From Squalus acanthias (taxonomy: Eukaryota), in NCBI GenBank assembly GCA_030390025.1, contig CM059431.1, positions 155,126,001 to 155,190,000 on the forward strand: DNA of 64,000 nt, read 5' to 3'. The notes beneath the pieces are model-generated. The model was not told the DNA's origin and ran no database searches. It worked only from the letters and a program-made list of their open reading frames with translations. The first letter of the stretch is position 1. Every line of letters starts with the position of its first letter. This document shows, piece after piece, positions 1-13,567 of this stretch. Both the position numbers and the translations under genes were made by a program.

Positions 1-94
1 GTAACGTTTCGTCCGAGATGGAAAACGTTAGAAATATAATAGGTTTTAAACAAGTACAGAGGCAGGGAAAGGTTTATCCTGAAAAGCCCCCTCC

Positions 95-210
95 CCACTG
101 ACATTTGGGGACTTGTGTCAAAATTGGGAGAGCTGTCCCACAGACTAGTCAAGCAAGAACCCTGTCATAATCATAATCACAGAATCATACCTTTCAGGCA
201 ACGCCCCAGA
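95..210 (+). mobile_element. Short LINE endonuclease-start fragment (L2/CR1 group)
   Basis: Reads ..KLGELSHRLVKQEPCHNHNHRI.., resembling the start of an APE domain (KQQPDIVILTESYL type) with a frameshift. Confidence 0.4.
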
Positions 211-3000
211 TTCATCCAGCACGATCCCTGTGTATGCCCTGTCCCACCGCTAGTACCTCCTCCCTCTCAATACTAATTTGTTCAAGTATATCACAATCTC
301 CCTGCCTGATATCTATGCCTACACCGTCCTTCTCCATAGTGAACACAGATGCAGAATACGCATTGAAAACCTCACCTACATCTTCTGGCTCTACGCACAT
401 ATTGCCACTTTGGTTGCTAAAGGGCCATTCCCTTTCCCTGGTTATCCTCTTGCCCTTAATATACTTATAAAACACCTTGGGATTTTACTTTATTTTGCCC
501 ACCAGTGTTTTTTCATGCCCCCTCTTCGCTCTCATAATTTCTTTTTTAAGTACCCCCCTGCACTTTCTATACTCCTCTCGGGCTTCCACTGTTTTTAGTC
601 CTTTGTATCTGCCAAAAGCCTACCTTCTTTTCTTGATCCATTCTTGTATATCCCTTGACATCCAGGGTTCCCTGGGTTTGTTGGTCCCTCCCTTGACCTT
701 TACGGGAACATGTTTGAGTTGTATTCTCTCTTTTTTCTTTCTGAAAGACTCCCACTGCTCTGATGAGGCTTTACCTACTAGTAGCTGATCCCAGTCCACT
801 TTGGCCAGATCCTGCCTTATCATATTGAAATCGGCCTTCCCCCAATTTAGAAACTTTATTTCCGGTCCATCTTTGTCCTTTTCCATGACTACCCTATATC
901 TCAACGAATTATGATCACTGTAACCAAAATGCTCTCCTACTGACACTTCTACCACTTGCCCGGTTACATTCACTAAAATTAAGTCCCCCTCTCTTGTAGG
1001 ACTTTCTACATGCTGGCTCAAAAAGCTCTCCTGGATGCTCTTTAAGAATTCCGCACCTTCTAAGCAGTTCACACTCTGACTATCCCAGTTAATATTGGGG
1101 TATTTTAAATCCCCTACTATTATTACCATATTATTGCTACACTTCTCTGAGATTTTCCTACATATATGTTCCTCTATCTCCCCCTGACTTTTTCAGTCAT
1201 ATAGTATACTCGCAGGAAAGTGCTTGCCCCCTTTTTGTTTTTAAGTTCTACCTATATGGCCTCATTAGAGGAACCTGCTAAGATATCATCCTTCCTTACA
1301 GCAGTAATTGACTCCATGATTAATATTGCGATAACCCCTCCTCTTTTACACCCCCCTCTGTCTCGCCTGAAGATTCTATACACCGAAATATTGAGCTGCA
1401 AGTCCTGCCCCTCCCTCAACCATGTCTCTGTTATAGCAACAATATCATACTCCCATTTGTTCATCAACTCCTTCATTTCATTTCCCATACTCACAAGACT
1501 CCATGCATTAAAATCGATGCAATCCATACTCCCTTGTGCCGTTACATATTTGCTCTGCCTTCCAGGCTGAATTGTTTTTCCTCTATATTTGGTTGTGCAT
1601 CACCCCCTACTATAGATCCACTCCTTATCCCATCCTCCTGCCAAGTCATTTTAACCACCCCCCAAATTACTAGCAAACGATCTCGCAAGGATGTTGGTCC
1701 AGTTCCGGTTCAAAGCAACGCATCCGACTTGTACAGGTCCCACCTTCCCCAGAAGCAGACCCAGTGATTCACGAAACTAAAGCCCTCCCTCCTTCACCAA
1801 CTCTTTAGAAATGCATTTCTCAGCTCTATCCTCCTATTCCTATACTCACTCGAACGTGGCACCGGGAGTGAACCAGAGATTACAAACTTTGAGGTCTTGC
1901 TTTTTAATCTGCTACCTAGCTCCCTAAATTCTTGTTGCAGGACCTCATCCCTCATTCTACCAATGTCGTTGGTACCAATGTGAACCACGACCTATCACTG
2001 TTCGTCCTCCCCCTTCAGAATGCCGTGCAGCCATTCAATGACATCCTTGACCCTGGCACCAGGGAGGCAACATATCATCCTGGAGTGTAGTCTGTGGCCA
2101 CAGAAACGTCTATCTGTTCCCCTTAAGATAGAATCCCCTATCACTATTGCTTTCCCACTTTTTTTCCTCCCCTCCTGTGCAGCTGAGCCACTCGTAGTGC
2201 CACGGACTTGGCTCCTGCTGCTTTCCCCAGAGAAACCATCTCCCCCAGCAGTATCCAAAATTGAAAATCTGTCAGAAAGGGAGTTGGACCCAGGGGAATC
2301 CTGCACTACCTTCCTAGGTCTTTTACTCTGTCTGGCTTTCACCGATTTCCTGTCTGCCTGTGCACTCTTTACTTGCGATGTGACCACCTCGTTAAACGTG
2401 CTATCTACGAAGATCTCAGCTTCGCGGATGCTCCACAGTGACTCCAGCCGCAGCTCCAGCTTCGAAACGCGGATTTCGAGTAGCAGCAGCTGGAGACACT
2501 TCTTGCAGAAATTTTCGCCCTGAACACATAAAGTGTCCCTGCCTTCACACATAGCACAGGAGGAGGACTTAACGGTGCTGAGTTGCCCTGCCATGTGCTA
2601 CCCTTAATTTACTCACTTTACCTCCTTTAAATTAAAGAATATTAAATACACTAGAGACCTTACTTCCCTTTAAAAAATACTTACTCTAAACTAGAGACCT
2701 TACTTTCACTTTAACGACTGGACTGTAGAAATACTCACCAGGTCCTACTTACCAATCAGCTCCTTCTCTGGTTTTGACGTCACTTTTGCAGTTTTGCAGT
2801 TGTTGTATGACGACTCCGGCTCCCGGACACTTTCCTTGTTGTAAAGTAAGAACCACTTCCTAAGTGATGAAAAGTTAGGCAAAACTAAGGCTAAGCAAGG
2901 GAGCACCTCCTTCCACTCCTCACCTAACTCCCTGACTCACCCAACTCACAGCACTCTGTTTAAACCGCACTTAGTGCAAACTCGAACTTCAAAGCCTGTT
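208..3000 (-). mobile_element. CR1-type LINE, 5' half (5'UTR, ORF1, endonuclease part of ORF2), degenerate
   Basis: ORF 1995-2594 has a Cys cluster, leucine zipper and IVIGDSILRG; ORF 1794-1988 has HIGTND (SGNH esterase); ORFs 1252-1527 and 620-1129 have YDIVAITETWL, GD..YP.INW and SDH (APE endonuclease). Confidence 0.9.
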
Positions 3001-3179
3001 TTTATAGGTCCTGAAAGAAAGGAGACTTGCTGAGCCCAGCTACAGGAGAACCAGTTTAATCTAGTTTCCCTAATTAACTGCCTTAAGCTGCTCTGAAATG
3101 TAGGCCTTGTATATCCCTTTATAACCTTGCTTAAAGCTGGGAAATTTCGATTTTAAACAGTAAACAGTAACAGTAAATA

Positions 3180-4215
3180 GGACAGCCCTCTCAATCCCAG
3201 GGATCAACCTAGTGAACCTTCGTTGCACCGCCTCCATGGCAAGTGTATCCTTCTTCAGATAAAGAGACCAAAACTATGCACAGCACTCCAGGTGTGGTCT
3301 CACCAAAGCCCTGTACAATGGTAGTAAGACTTCCTTATTGTTATACTCCTAGCCCCTTGCAATAAAGACAAACATACCATGTGCCTTCCTAATTCTGAGC
3401 TTGCCTGCATGCTAACTTTTTGCGCATCCTGTACGATGACACCTAATTCGCACTGAACACAAACATTTAATATTTTTTCACCATTTAAAAAATATTCTGT
3501 TTTTCTATTCTCCTACAAAAGTGAATAACCTCCCACTTCCCCACATTATACTTCAACTGCCACCTTATTGCCCATTCGCATAACCTGGCTCTATCCCTTT
3601 GCAGGCTCTTTGTGTCCAGCTCACAGCTTGCTTTCCCATCTAGCTTGGTATCGTCAGAAAATTTGGATTCGTTGCACTTAGTCCCTTCATCTCAGTCATT
3701 AATATAGATTGTAAATAGCTGAGGCCCAAGCAACGATCCTAGCGACACCCTGTAAACCAGACATTTGACCCGTTTATCATTACTCTATTTTCTGTCCGTT
3801 AACACATACTCTATCCATGCTAATATATTACCCAAACCTGATGAGCCCTTATGTTGCACAGCGCCCCTTTATGCAACACTTTATCAAAAGCCTTTTGGAA
3901 ATTAAAATATACTACATTCACTGGTTCCCCTTTATCTACCCTGCTAGTTACATCGTCAAATTACTCTAATAAAATTGTCAAACACAATTTCCCTTTCATA
4001 AAGCGATGTTGACTCTGCATGATCACATGATGATTTTTTAATTGCCCAATTACCACTGAATTAATAATGGATTCCAAAATATTCCCAGCTACTGATCTCA
4101 GGCTTACTGGCCTCTGTTCCGTATTTAATCTCTCCCTCCTTTCATGAAGAGCAAGGTTGCATTTGCTAACTTCCAATCCGCTGGGAGCGTTCAAGAAGCT
4201 AGGGAATATTGGAAG
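3180..4215 (-). mobile_element. CR1 LINE RT fragment, old
   Basis: ORF 3961-4194 RPVSLRSVAG..QSQHRFMKGKLCLT; downstream RT C-terminal sequence. Confidence 0.8.
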
Positions 4216-4217
4216 AT

Positions 4218-5182
4218 CATGGAGTCATAGAGACATAACGGCACAGAAAGAGGTAATTTTGCTCAAGGAGTCCGTGCCGGCTCTCTGTAGAGCAATCCAG
4301 TCAGTTCCATTCCCCCGCTCTATCCTGGTAGCCCTGCAAGTTTATTTCCAACAAGTGCCTATCCAGTCTCCCCTTGAAAACATTGAGTGGCTCTGCTTCC
4401 ACCACTTCCGTCGACAGCGAATCCCCAGTCATCACCACCCGCTGTGTAAACAAGATTTTCCTCAAAACCCCACTGTATCTCTTGCCCAAAACTTTAAATC
4501 TGTGCCCCTAAGTCCTTGTACCATCAATTAGTAGGAGCAGCCTTCCACCCTCTCGCCGATACAAACGCGTCATAATCTTGTACACTTCTATCAAGTCACC
4601 CCTCAACCTCCTTTGCTCTAATGAAAACAAATCCTGCTTCTCCAACATGGCCTTGCAGCTAAGATCTCCCTTCTCCGGAACCATTCTGTTAAATCTCCTC
4701 TGCACCCCATCTCAAGCGCCGTACACATCCTTCCTAAAGTGTGGTGACCAGAAATGAAAGCAATACTCCAGTAGTGTCCTAATCAGCACTTTATAAAGTT
4801 TCAGCATAAATTCTCTACTACTTTACTCAATACCTCTATTTATGAAGCCCAAGATCAAATGTCCTTTGTTACCCACTCTCTCAATATATCCTGCCACCTT
4901 CAGGGACCTATGTACGTTAACTCCCAGGTCCCTCTATCCATGCACAATCTTTAAATCTGTGCCATTAAGTGTATATTGCCTCTACCTGTTCCTTCTGCCA
5001 AATGCATCACCTCACACTTCCCTGTATTTAAATCCCATCTGCCACTTGTCTGTCCCTTCTGCTAGACTGTCAATGTCCTATTGCAGTCGACTGGTATCAT
5101 CATCACTGTTTGCCACACTCATAAGTTTGGTGTAATCTGCAAGTTTAGAAATTCTACTTTGTTTTCCAATATCCAGGTCATT

Positions 5183-5217
<35 letters not shown>

Positions 5218-7190
5218 AGCAGTTCCCCTAGCACTGACCCTTGGAGAACACCACTGTCTACACACTGACCCTTGGAGAACACCACTGTCTACCATCCTCC
5301 AATCTGAAAAAACAGCCATTTACCACAACTCGCTGTTTTCTGTCTTTAAGCCAATTCCTTATCCAAGCTGCCACTGCCCAACCTATCCATGAGCCTCAAT
5401 TTTGTTAACCAACCTTCTATGCGGTACTTTGACAAAAGCATTCCGAAAATCCATGTAGACAACACCCATCGCATTCCCTTCATCAATCCTCTCTGTTACT
5501 TAATCAAAAAAATCATTTACAAAGCCGTGTTGCCTCTCCTTAATTAGCTCCAACCTCTCCAAGTACCCGTTAAATTTTTCCTTGATTATTGTTTCTAATA
5601 CTTTTACACACCACTGATGTTAAACTGTCCGGTCTGTAGTTAACAGGTTGTCCTTAAACCCTTCATTGAACAATACTGTCACATTTGCCACTTTCCAATC
5701 CTCAGGCACATCCCCGCATCTAGGGCAGATTGGAAAATTATGGCAAGTACATCCGCTGGCTCCTCCCCAATTCTCCTAGTTACCTGGGATGCAAGCCAAC
5801 TGGACCAGGCGACTGGTCCACTCGAAGCATATCCAGCCTTTCTAGTACATCCTCCCTATCAATTTTCAACCTTCTATTGGTTGTAACTATTCCTCTTCTA
5901 CCGATATGTTGTCAGCATCCAAATCCTCAGTAAACAACGATACACAGTGCTCATTGAGTATTCTTGCCTTGCCCAGCGCCTCTAAGCATATATCACCTTC
6001 TTTGTCTGTAATAGGCCCCACCCTGCCATTTACTATCCACTTGCTGTTTACATGCCAGTAGAAGATTTTTGGTTTCCCTGTTATGTTTAACCGCCATTCT
6101 ACTCTCATATTCTCTCTTTGCCAATCGTATTTTCATCTTCACATACCCTATCAACATATTGTATTTCGTCTGGTACTCCCTTGAAGAATTCCCCTGACAT
6201 GCATCATACACCCTCTTTTTTGTGTCATCAGCTTCTCTATCTCCATCGTCATCCAATGAGCCCTTGGTTTGGTTCCCTTACCCTTCCCTCTTGTTGGAAT
6301 GTACCACGCCTGTACTTGGAACATCTCCTACTTAAAGATCACACATTATTCCGTTACAGTTTTTTGTCAGTCTTTGATTCCATTTTACCCTGGCTAGATC
6401 CGTTTGCATCCCATAGAAGTTAGCCCTATTCAAATTTAGAAGTTCTACACTAGATTTTCCATTGCTCCTTTCCATTGCTAATCTAAATCTATGGATACGA
6501 TGATCACTCGTACCCAAGTGTTCTCCCACAAAAAAATGGTCAACCTGGACAACCTCATTCCCCAGCATCAGATTCAGCAATGTCTCATTCCTAGTTGGGC
6601 TAAGAACATATCGGTCAAGTAAATCCTCCGGAACACATTTCAGAAATTCCAACCCCTCCTTTCCCTTCAAGCTAGAATTATCCCAATCGCTTTATGTGTA
6701 ATTAAAGTCCCCCAATATCACTACCCTATAGCTCTTACTTATCTCTGCGATTTCCCTGCAGATTTGCTCCTCTACCTCCATTTCTCTATTTGGAGGCCTA
6801 TAGAATACCCGCAATAGCTGATCATACTCTTTTTGCTCTTCAACTGTCGCAAAATGCATTATGTTCTTCTCCCCTCAAGAACATCCTCCCTTTCCAAAAC
6901 TGCAATGTCTTCCTTAATCAGCACTGCCACCCCACCTCCTTTTTTTCTTTCCCTATCTTTTCTGAACACTTTCTACCCTTGAATATAAATTGCCCAGTCC
7001 TCACCGTTTTTAATCCACGTTTCCGTTATTGCCACAACATCATATTGCCACACGGCTAATTGTGCTTGTTGCTCACCAAATTTATTCACCACAGTTTTTG
7101 CGTTTACGCACATGCATTCTAAACCCATTTTTGACTTTTTCGTAGTAATTCTTTGTCTGCTCCTAACAAATATGGTACTAGAGAAAGAGA
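4218..7190 (-). mobile_element. CR1 LINE ORF2 with 3' tail, degenerate
   Basis: EN motifs (CVNAKTVVNK, YDVVAITETW, SDH) at 6332-7209; C-terminal RRLRGDLIEVYK at 4508-4705; CR1-type tail near 4220. Confidence 0.85.
5186..5212. repeat. (TA)n microsatellite
   Basis: Direct reading. Confidence 0.95.
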
Positions 7191-7197
7191 AAAAGAT

Positions 7198-8385
7198 TAG
7201 TGAAAGCAAGTGTAGGTCCCTTGCAGAAAGAAGCGGGGGAAGTTATAATGTGGAACAAAGAAATGACAGTCCAATTAAATGCATATTTTGGTTCTGTCTT
7301 CACAAAGGAGGACACAAATAACCTCCCAGAGATGTTGGAGAACATACGGTCTGATGTAAGGGAGGAACTGAAAGAAATCAGTATTTGTAGGGAAATGGTG
7401 TTATGTAAATTGAAGGGATTGAAGGCCGCTAAATCCCCAGGGCCTGATAATCTACATCCTAGGGTACTTAAGGAAGTGGCCCTAGAAATAGTAGATGCAT
7501 TGCTGATCATCTTCCAACATTCAATGGAATCTGGAACTGTACCCATGGATTGGAGGGTAGCTAAAGTTACCCCACTATTCAAAAAGGGTGGAAGAGAGAA
7601 AGCGGGGAATTACAGATCGGTAAGCCTGACATCGGTAGGGGGGAAAATGCTGGAGTCCATTATAAAGGATGTAATAGCTGAGCACATGAAAAACAGTGAC
7701 AGGATCGGAGAAAGTCAACATGGATTTACAAAAGGTAATTCGTGCTTGACTAATCTACTGGAATTTTTTGAGGATGTAACTGGGAAAATAGATAAGGGAG
7801 AACCAGTAGATGTGGTGTATTTGGACTTTCAAAAGGCTTTCGATAAGGTCCCGCATAAGAGATTAGCGTGTAAAGTTAAGGCACATGGGATTGGGGGCAA
7901 GGTATTGACTTTGATAGAGAACTGGTTGGCGGGCAGAAAGCAGAGAGTAGGAATTAATGGGATTTTTTCCGAGTGGCAAGGAGTGACTAGTGGGGTACCG
8001 CAGGGATCGGTCCTTGGACCCCAGCTATTCACAATATACATTAATGATCTAGATAAGGGAACTAAATGTAATATCTCCAAGTTTGCAGATGACACAAAGC
8101 TGGGTGGCAGTGTGTGCTGCGAGGAGGATACCAAGAAACTCCAGGATGATTTGGACAAGTTGGGTGAGTGGGCAGAAGCGTGGCAGATGCAATATAACGT
8201 GGATAAATGCGAGGTTATCAACTTTGGTGTCAAAAACAGAAAGGCAGACTATTACCTGAATGGCAATAGATTGGGAGAAGGGGAAGTTTCCTTGTGCACC
8301 AGTCGCTGAAAGTAAGCATGCAGGTGCAGCAGGCGGTGAAGAATTCAAATGATATGTTGGCCTTCATAGCGAAAGGGTTTGAGTA
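7198..8385 (+). mobile_element. CR1 LINE RT fragment (369-aa open frame)
   Basis: KSPGPD, NYRSVSLTS, QHGF, LDFQKAFDKV, GVPQGSVLGP, KFADD. Confidence 0.95.
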
Positions 8386-9050
8386 TAATTGGTATATCTG
8401 TTTGAGAGGGGGATGGCCACAGGGGACCCTTGCACTACCTGCCTGCACCTCTTACTCTGCCTGGTGGTCACCCATTCAATTCCTGCCTGTACACCCTTTA
8501 CCTGCGGTGTGACCAACTCGCTAAACGTGCTATCAACGACGTTCTCAGCATCGCAAATGCTCCAATATGCATCCATCCACAGCTCCAGCGCCGCAATGCG
8601 GTCTATCAGTAGCTGCAGCTGGATACACTTCCCACACACATGGTCGTCAGTGACACAGGAAGCGTCCCTCATTTCCCACATATAGCAGGAGGAGCATATC
8701 ACGGGGCTGCTGAGATCTCCTGCCATGACTTACCCTTTAATTTATTAATTAAATTTAAATTAAAATGAATCCCACCAATTTCACTTCAATTAAATGATAT
8801 ACTCAAGGGCCCTTTCCCGCCACTGGCGTCTGTAAAAAGCCCACGAAAGTGAGTTTAACTACGCACTGTGCTGCTGCTCTCTCCGCTCCTGACACTGGCA
8901 CGTGTAAAAAAAACCGTGAAAGTGAGTTTAACTACTCACTGTGCTGCTGCTCTATCCGCTCCCGACACTGGCCTCTGGAAAAATGCCCACGGAAGTGAGT
9001 TTAACTACTCACTGTGGTGCTGCTCTCTCCGCTCCCGACGCTGGCTACTG
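8386..9050 (-). mobile_element. CR1 5'UTR + ORF1 N-terminus
   Basis: ORF 8364-8726 CSSC..CGKC..leucine zipper..LSNRY, homologous to the other ORF1 copies in the window. Confidence 0.85.
8820..9046. repeat. About 72-bp tandem repeat, 3 copies, in CR1 5'UTR
   Basis: aagtgagtttaactac(g/t)cactgtg(c/g)tgctgctct recurs near 8847, 8920 and 8993. Confidence 0.85.
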
Positions 9051-9499
9051 CCTATTGGTGTCTTGTCCAAGAACTCAGAAATCATTACGATCTGACAACT
9101 CCATCCACCGCCTTGGTTCTGTAACCATTAATACAATTGCCTAGCTAAAATATCAACAACTCAGTTTAGAAATGTCCAATTGACTTTGCCTCAACACAAT
9201 GTTTTCCGGAAAGAGTTTCATATTTCCATTGGCTTTTGTGTGAAGAAGTGCTTTCTGACATCACACCTGAACGGCGTAGCTTAAATTTTAAGTTTCTGCC
9301 CGTTGTTCAGGACTCTCCCACCAGATGAAATTGATTTTCTCTATTACAACTAGTCTGTGCGTGTGTTTCCACTCCATACGAGTCTCTTCCCATTCCATCT
9401 ACCTTAATGCACCCTTTCAGCATATTTTTATTCCATGTTCTCTCATGTACTCGATCAGTTGCCTTTTGAAAACAAGAAAGTTATTTGCCACCGACACGG

Positions 9500-12400
9500 C
9501 ACTGGGCTATTCTGTTTGAAGTGGGTCAGAGTACCCTGGGATATTCGGATTGCAGAGAGTCGGAGTAACGTGGACTATCCAGAGGGCCAGAGTACACTGG
9601 GCTAGTGGGACAGCAGAGGGTGAGAGTACCCTTGTGCAAATAGGCCTACAGTTAGTCTGAGTAGCCTCTCTATTGGGCCTATAGAAATCCAGACTACCTG
9701 CCCTAATCAATCTGTAGCGGGTAATAGTACCCTGGGCAATTGCATCTGTAGACGGTCAGAGTTCCTGGGCTACTGAATCTGTAGAGGGCTAGGGTAAACT
9801 GGGCCGTGTAGAGTCTCGGAAACCATTGGGCTATTGAGTCTCTAAATAGTTAGAATATGTTAGTTCAGACTGTCCTGGGATATTTGCCTTGCAGACGTTC
9901 AAAGTACCGGCTGCTTTTGGGCCTACAATTGTTCAGAGTACTTTGCTCTATTGGGCCTGGAGAGGGTCAGAATACTCTGGATATTGGGTCTACAGCGGCT
10001 CAGGGCACCCTGGGAATACCGGACTTAAGAGGGTCAGAGTGCCCTGGGATACTGGGCCTTTAACCGTTCAGATCTCCCTGGGAACAATGGCCCTTCAGAG
10101 GTTCAGAGTACCCTTGACTATACAGCGTGTCAGAATACCCAGGGCTATACAAAAATTAAGTTAACACTGAGATATTGGTAGCTTAGATCGTCTGTGACCC
10201 TTGGTCATATGGGCATTTGGAGGAGATGAGTTCCCACAGCAATTGAACATGTAAAAAGAACATTAGAACATAAGAAATAGGAGTAGGAGTCGGCCAGCTG
10301 GCCCCTCGAGCCTGCTCCGCCATTCAATAAGATCATGGCTAATCTGATCTTGGCATCAACTCCACTTCCCTGCCCGCTCCCCTTAACCGTTGACTCCCTT
10401 ATCGTTCAAAATCTGTGTATCTCCAGCTAAAATATATACAATGACCAGCCTCAGAGTCAGAGTATTGAACTATTGGGCTTGCAAAGGGTCAGATTTCTTT
10501 GACATATAGGGCCTGTAGAATGTCAGAGTACGCTGAGCTATGCAGAAGTTAAGAGCACCCTAGGTTATTGGCCAGCAGAGTGTCAGTGCAACCTGGGCTG
10601 GGTAGAGGGTTAGAGTGCCCCTGTGCTATTGAATCTTTGGAGGGTTTGTATACAATGGGCTATCGGGCATTTAGTGGGTCAGAGTTCTTGGGCTATTGAG
10701 TCTGTTGAGAGCTAGGGTAAGTTGGCAGCGTAGATTGTCGGACTACCCAAGACGATGGAGTCTGTTTATGGTCCGAATAAGTGGGCCATTGAGTCTTTAG
10801 ATGGTCAGAGCATCCTGCGCATTTCCATTTGTAGCCGGTCAAAGTACACGGCGAGTTAGGGCCTACAAAGCTTCAGAATGCTTTGCGCTATTGGGTCTGT
10901 CGAGCGGCAGATATTGTTGACTATTGGGTCTATGGACACACAAAGTACCCTGGAATAATGGGCCTGCAGAGTGTCAGTGTACATTGGGATATTGAGGCAG
11001 TAGTATGTCAGGGTACCCTCGGCTACGCAGAGGATTAGAGTAACCTGGGCTATACTGAAGATAAGATTACGATGGGATATCGGTCGTTTAGTTCAGAGTA
11101 TCTGGAAATATAGGCTTTGAGCCTGTGGAATATCAGAGTACCTGAGATGAATTCAGTGATTCAATCAGTGTAATCTCTAAAAGAACAGAGTGCACTGACC
11201 TATAAAACGGGTCAGAAAAAACGTGGCTAGTTAACGTGCAGATGGCTAGAGTACCTGCACCACTGAGTCTGGAGGGGCTCAAAACAACAGCGATGCTGAA
11301 ATCTATAGAGGGTCAGACTTCCTGCGCTTTTGATTCTGTAGAGGGTCAAAGTACCCTGGACTATTGACGCTTTAAACTCTCAGAGTAGCCAGGCTATTGG
11401 GACTGAAAAGCTTCAGAGCACGCTGGGCTATTGGGTCTGTATAGGGTCAATGTACCCTGGCCTAGACAGAGGGTCATAGTAACTGGGCAATATGCCATGT
11501 AAAGGGTCATATCAGCTTGACTATTGAGCCTGTAGAGTGTCAGTGTACTCTGAGCTATTGGTCCTGCAGGTATTCAGCGTACGCTGGGCTATTGAGTCTG
11601 TAGAGTTTCAGAATAGCCTGGACGAAACTGTGGATGAGATATCCGTCAGCTAGTGAGCCTGCAGAAAGTCAGCGTACCTGAGCTGTTGGCCTTGTAAAGA
11701 GTCAGATTACACTCGGCTACGGAAAAGGTCAAAGTAACCTGGACTATTGAATCGACGGTGGGTCACAGCATTATGCAGTATTTAGCATTTAGAGGATCAG
11801 AGTACCCTGGGACATTTGGTCTGCGAAGGGTTTGTATGCCCTGGGCTATTGGCCTTTTGATGGTAAGATTTTCCTGCGCTATTTTATATGTAACGAGTCC
11901 GCGTCCCCTGGCAATAATACAGCCAGAGTTCCTGGGAAATTGGGTATTTAGAGGATCAAATTACGCTTGGTTATTGGACCTTTAGAGTGTCAAAATTCCA
12001 TGGGCTATTGTGTTATTTGAGGTCCAAACTACCCTGGGCTATTTGGCATTCAAAGGATCAAAGTACCCCGGGCTGTTGGGCCTATAGAGGGGCAGAGTAC
12101 CCTGGGATATTTGGTCTGTGGAGGGTCAGTGTGCCCTGGGCTATTGGCATTTAGATGGTCAGTGTTTCCTGGGATATTTTAACTGTAACGAGTCAGCGTC
12201 CAGTGGCAATAATAGGGTCAGAGTACCTGGACTATTGAGAATTTAGAGGATCCAATTACGCTTTGTTATTGGCCATTTTGAAGGACAAATTTCCCTGGGC
12301 TATTCAGTCATTAGAGGCCCAATTATGTCTGGGCTATTGGGCCTTTAGAGGATCAAAGTACCCGTGCGGTTGGCCCTATAGAGGGGCAGAGTCCCCTGGA

Positions 12401-12680
12401 AAAATCAGAGCATCAGGGAACCCTGGGCTACTGGGCTTTTAGTGTCAAAGTACCCTGGGCTATTGGGCCTTTAGAGGATCAGAGCACCCGGGGCTGCAGG
12501 TCCTATAGAGGGCAGAGTACACTGGGGAAATCAGAGGATCAGAGAACCCTGGGCTACTGGGCATTTAGTGTCAAATACTCTGGGATATTGCGACTGTATA
12601 TGGTCAGAGTGCACTGACCTATTGAGCCTGTGATGTTTCAGATTACCCTGGGATATTAGGTCTTCAGAGGCTCAGCGAAC
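9500..12680. repeat. Degenerate satellite/minisatellite, 34-bp unit (consensus near AGAGTACCCTGGGCTATTGGGCCTGTAGAGGGTC)
   Basis: gtacc/gtgcc core spaced 34 nt apart (12063, 12097, 12131); the motif recurs through about 3.2 kb. Confidence 0.9.
10258..10455 (-). mobile_element. CR1 3' tail fragment inserted in the satellite
   Basis: agaacataagaaataggagtaggagt..ctcgagcctgctccgccattcaataagatcatggct, matching the other CR1 tails here. Confidence 0.85.
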
Positions 12681-13360
12681 CCTTAACTTTTAAGAACATA
12701 AGAACATAAGAAATAAGAGCAGGAGTAGGCCAATCGGCCCATCGAGCCTGCTCCACCATTCAATAAGATAATGTTTGATGTAATCCTAACCACAAACCTA
12801 AACAACACAAGAAGTAGGAGCAGGACCCGGCCACTCAGCCCCTGGGCCCGCGCCGCCAGCCACAGGGCCTTGACCGATCCGAACTCAGCCTCATGTCCAA
12901 TGTCCTGCCCGTTCCCCGTAACTCTTAATTCCCTTTACTTCAAGGAAACTGTCTATTTCTGTTTTACATTTATTTAATGATGTAGCTTCCACAGCTTCCT
13001 GGGGCAGCAATTTCCACAGATCTACTACCCTCTGAGTGAAGAAGTTTCTCCTCATCTCAGTATTGAAAGAGCAGCCTCTTATTCTAAGATTATGCCCCCT
13101 AGTTCTAGTTTCACCCATCCTTGGGAGAATCCTTACCGCATACACCCGATCAAGCCCCTTCACAATCTTACATGGTTCAATAAGATCGCCTCTCATTCTT
13201 CTGAACTCCAATGAGTAGAGTCCCAATCTACTCAACCTCTCCTCATATATCGACTCCCTCATCCCCGGGATTAAGCGAGTGAACCTTATTTGTACTGCCT
13301 CCAGAGCAAGTATGTATTTTCTTAAGTATGGACACCAAAACTGTATGCAGTATTCCAGGA

Positions 13361-13567
13361 TAACAACAGAAAACGCTGGAAAAACTCAGCAGGCCAGGCA
13401 ACATCCGTGGAGAGAGAAAGAGAGTTAACGTTTCAGGTCGAAACCCTTCGTCGACCTGAAACGTTAACTCTCTTTCTCTCTCCACGGATGTTGCCTGGCC
13501 TGCTGAGTTTTTCCAGCGTTTTCTGTTGTTATTTCGGATTTCCAGCATCCGCAGTATTTTGCTATCG
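13361..13567. mobile_element. Penelope-like inverted-repeat (hairpin) insertion with 15-bp TSD
   Basis: About 80-bp perfect inverted arms (aacaacagaaaacgctgg...tttcaggtcga / tcgacctgaaa...ccagcgttttctgttgtt); TGCAGTATTCCAGGA at 13346-13360 and 13568-13582. Confidence 0.75.

Noticed and set aside
1..75. Possible Penelope-like internal fragment at the window start
   Set aside because: Too short and truncated by the window edge to support
5232..5292. 31-bp tandem duplication in a CR1; also the poly-C run near 14668-14685
   Set aside because: Ordinary slippage events in dead LINE copies
9500..12680. CRISPR-like array (34-bp periodicity)
   Set aside because: Contiguous degenerate tandem units without unique spacers, no cas genes, vertebrate context
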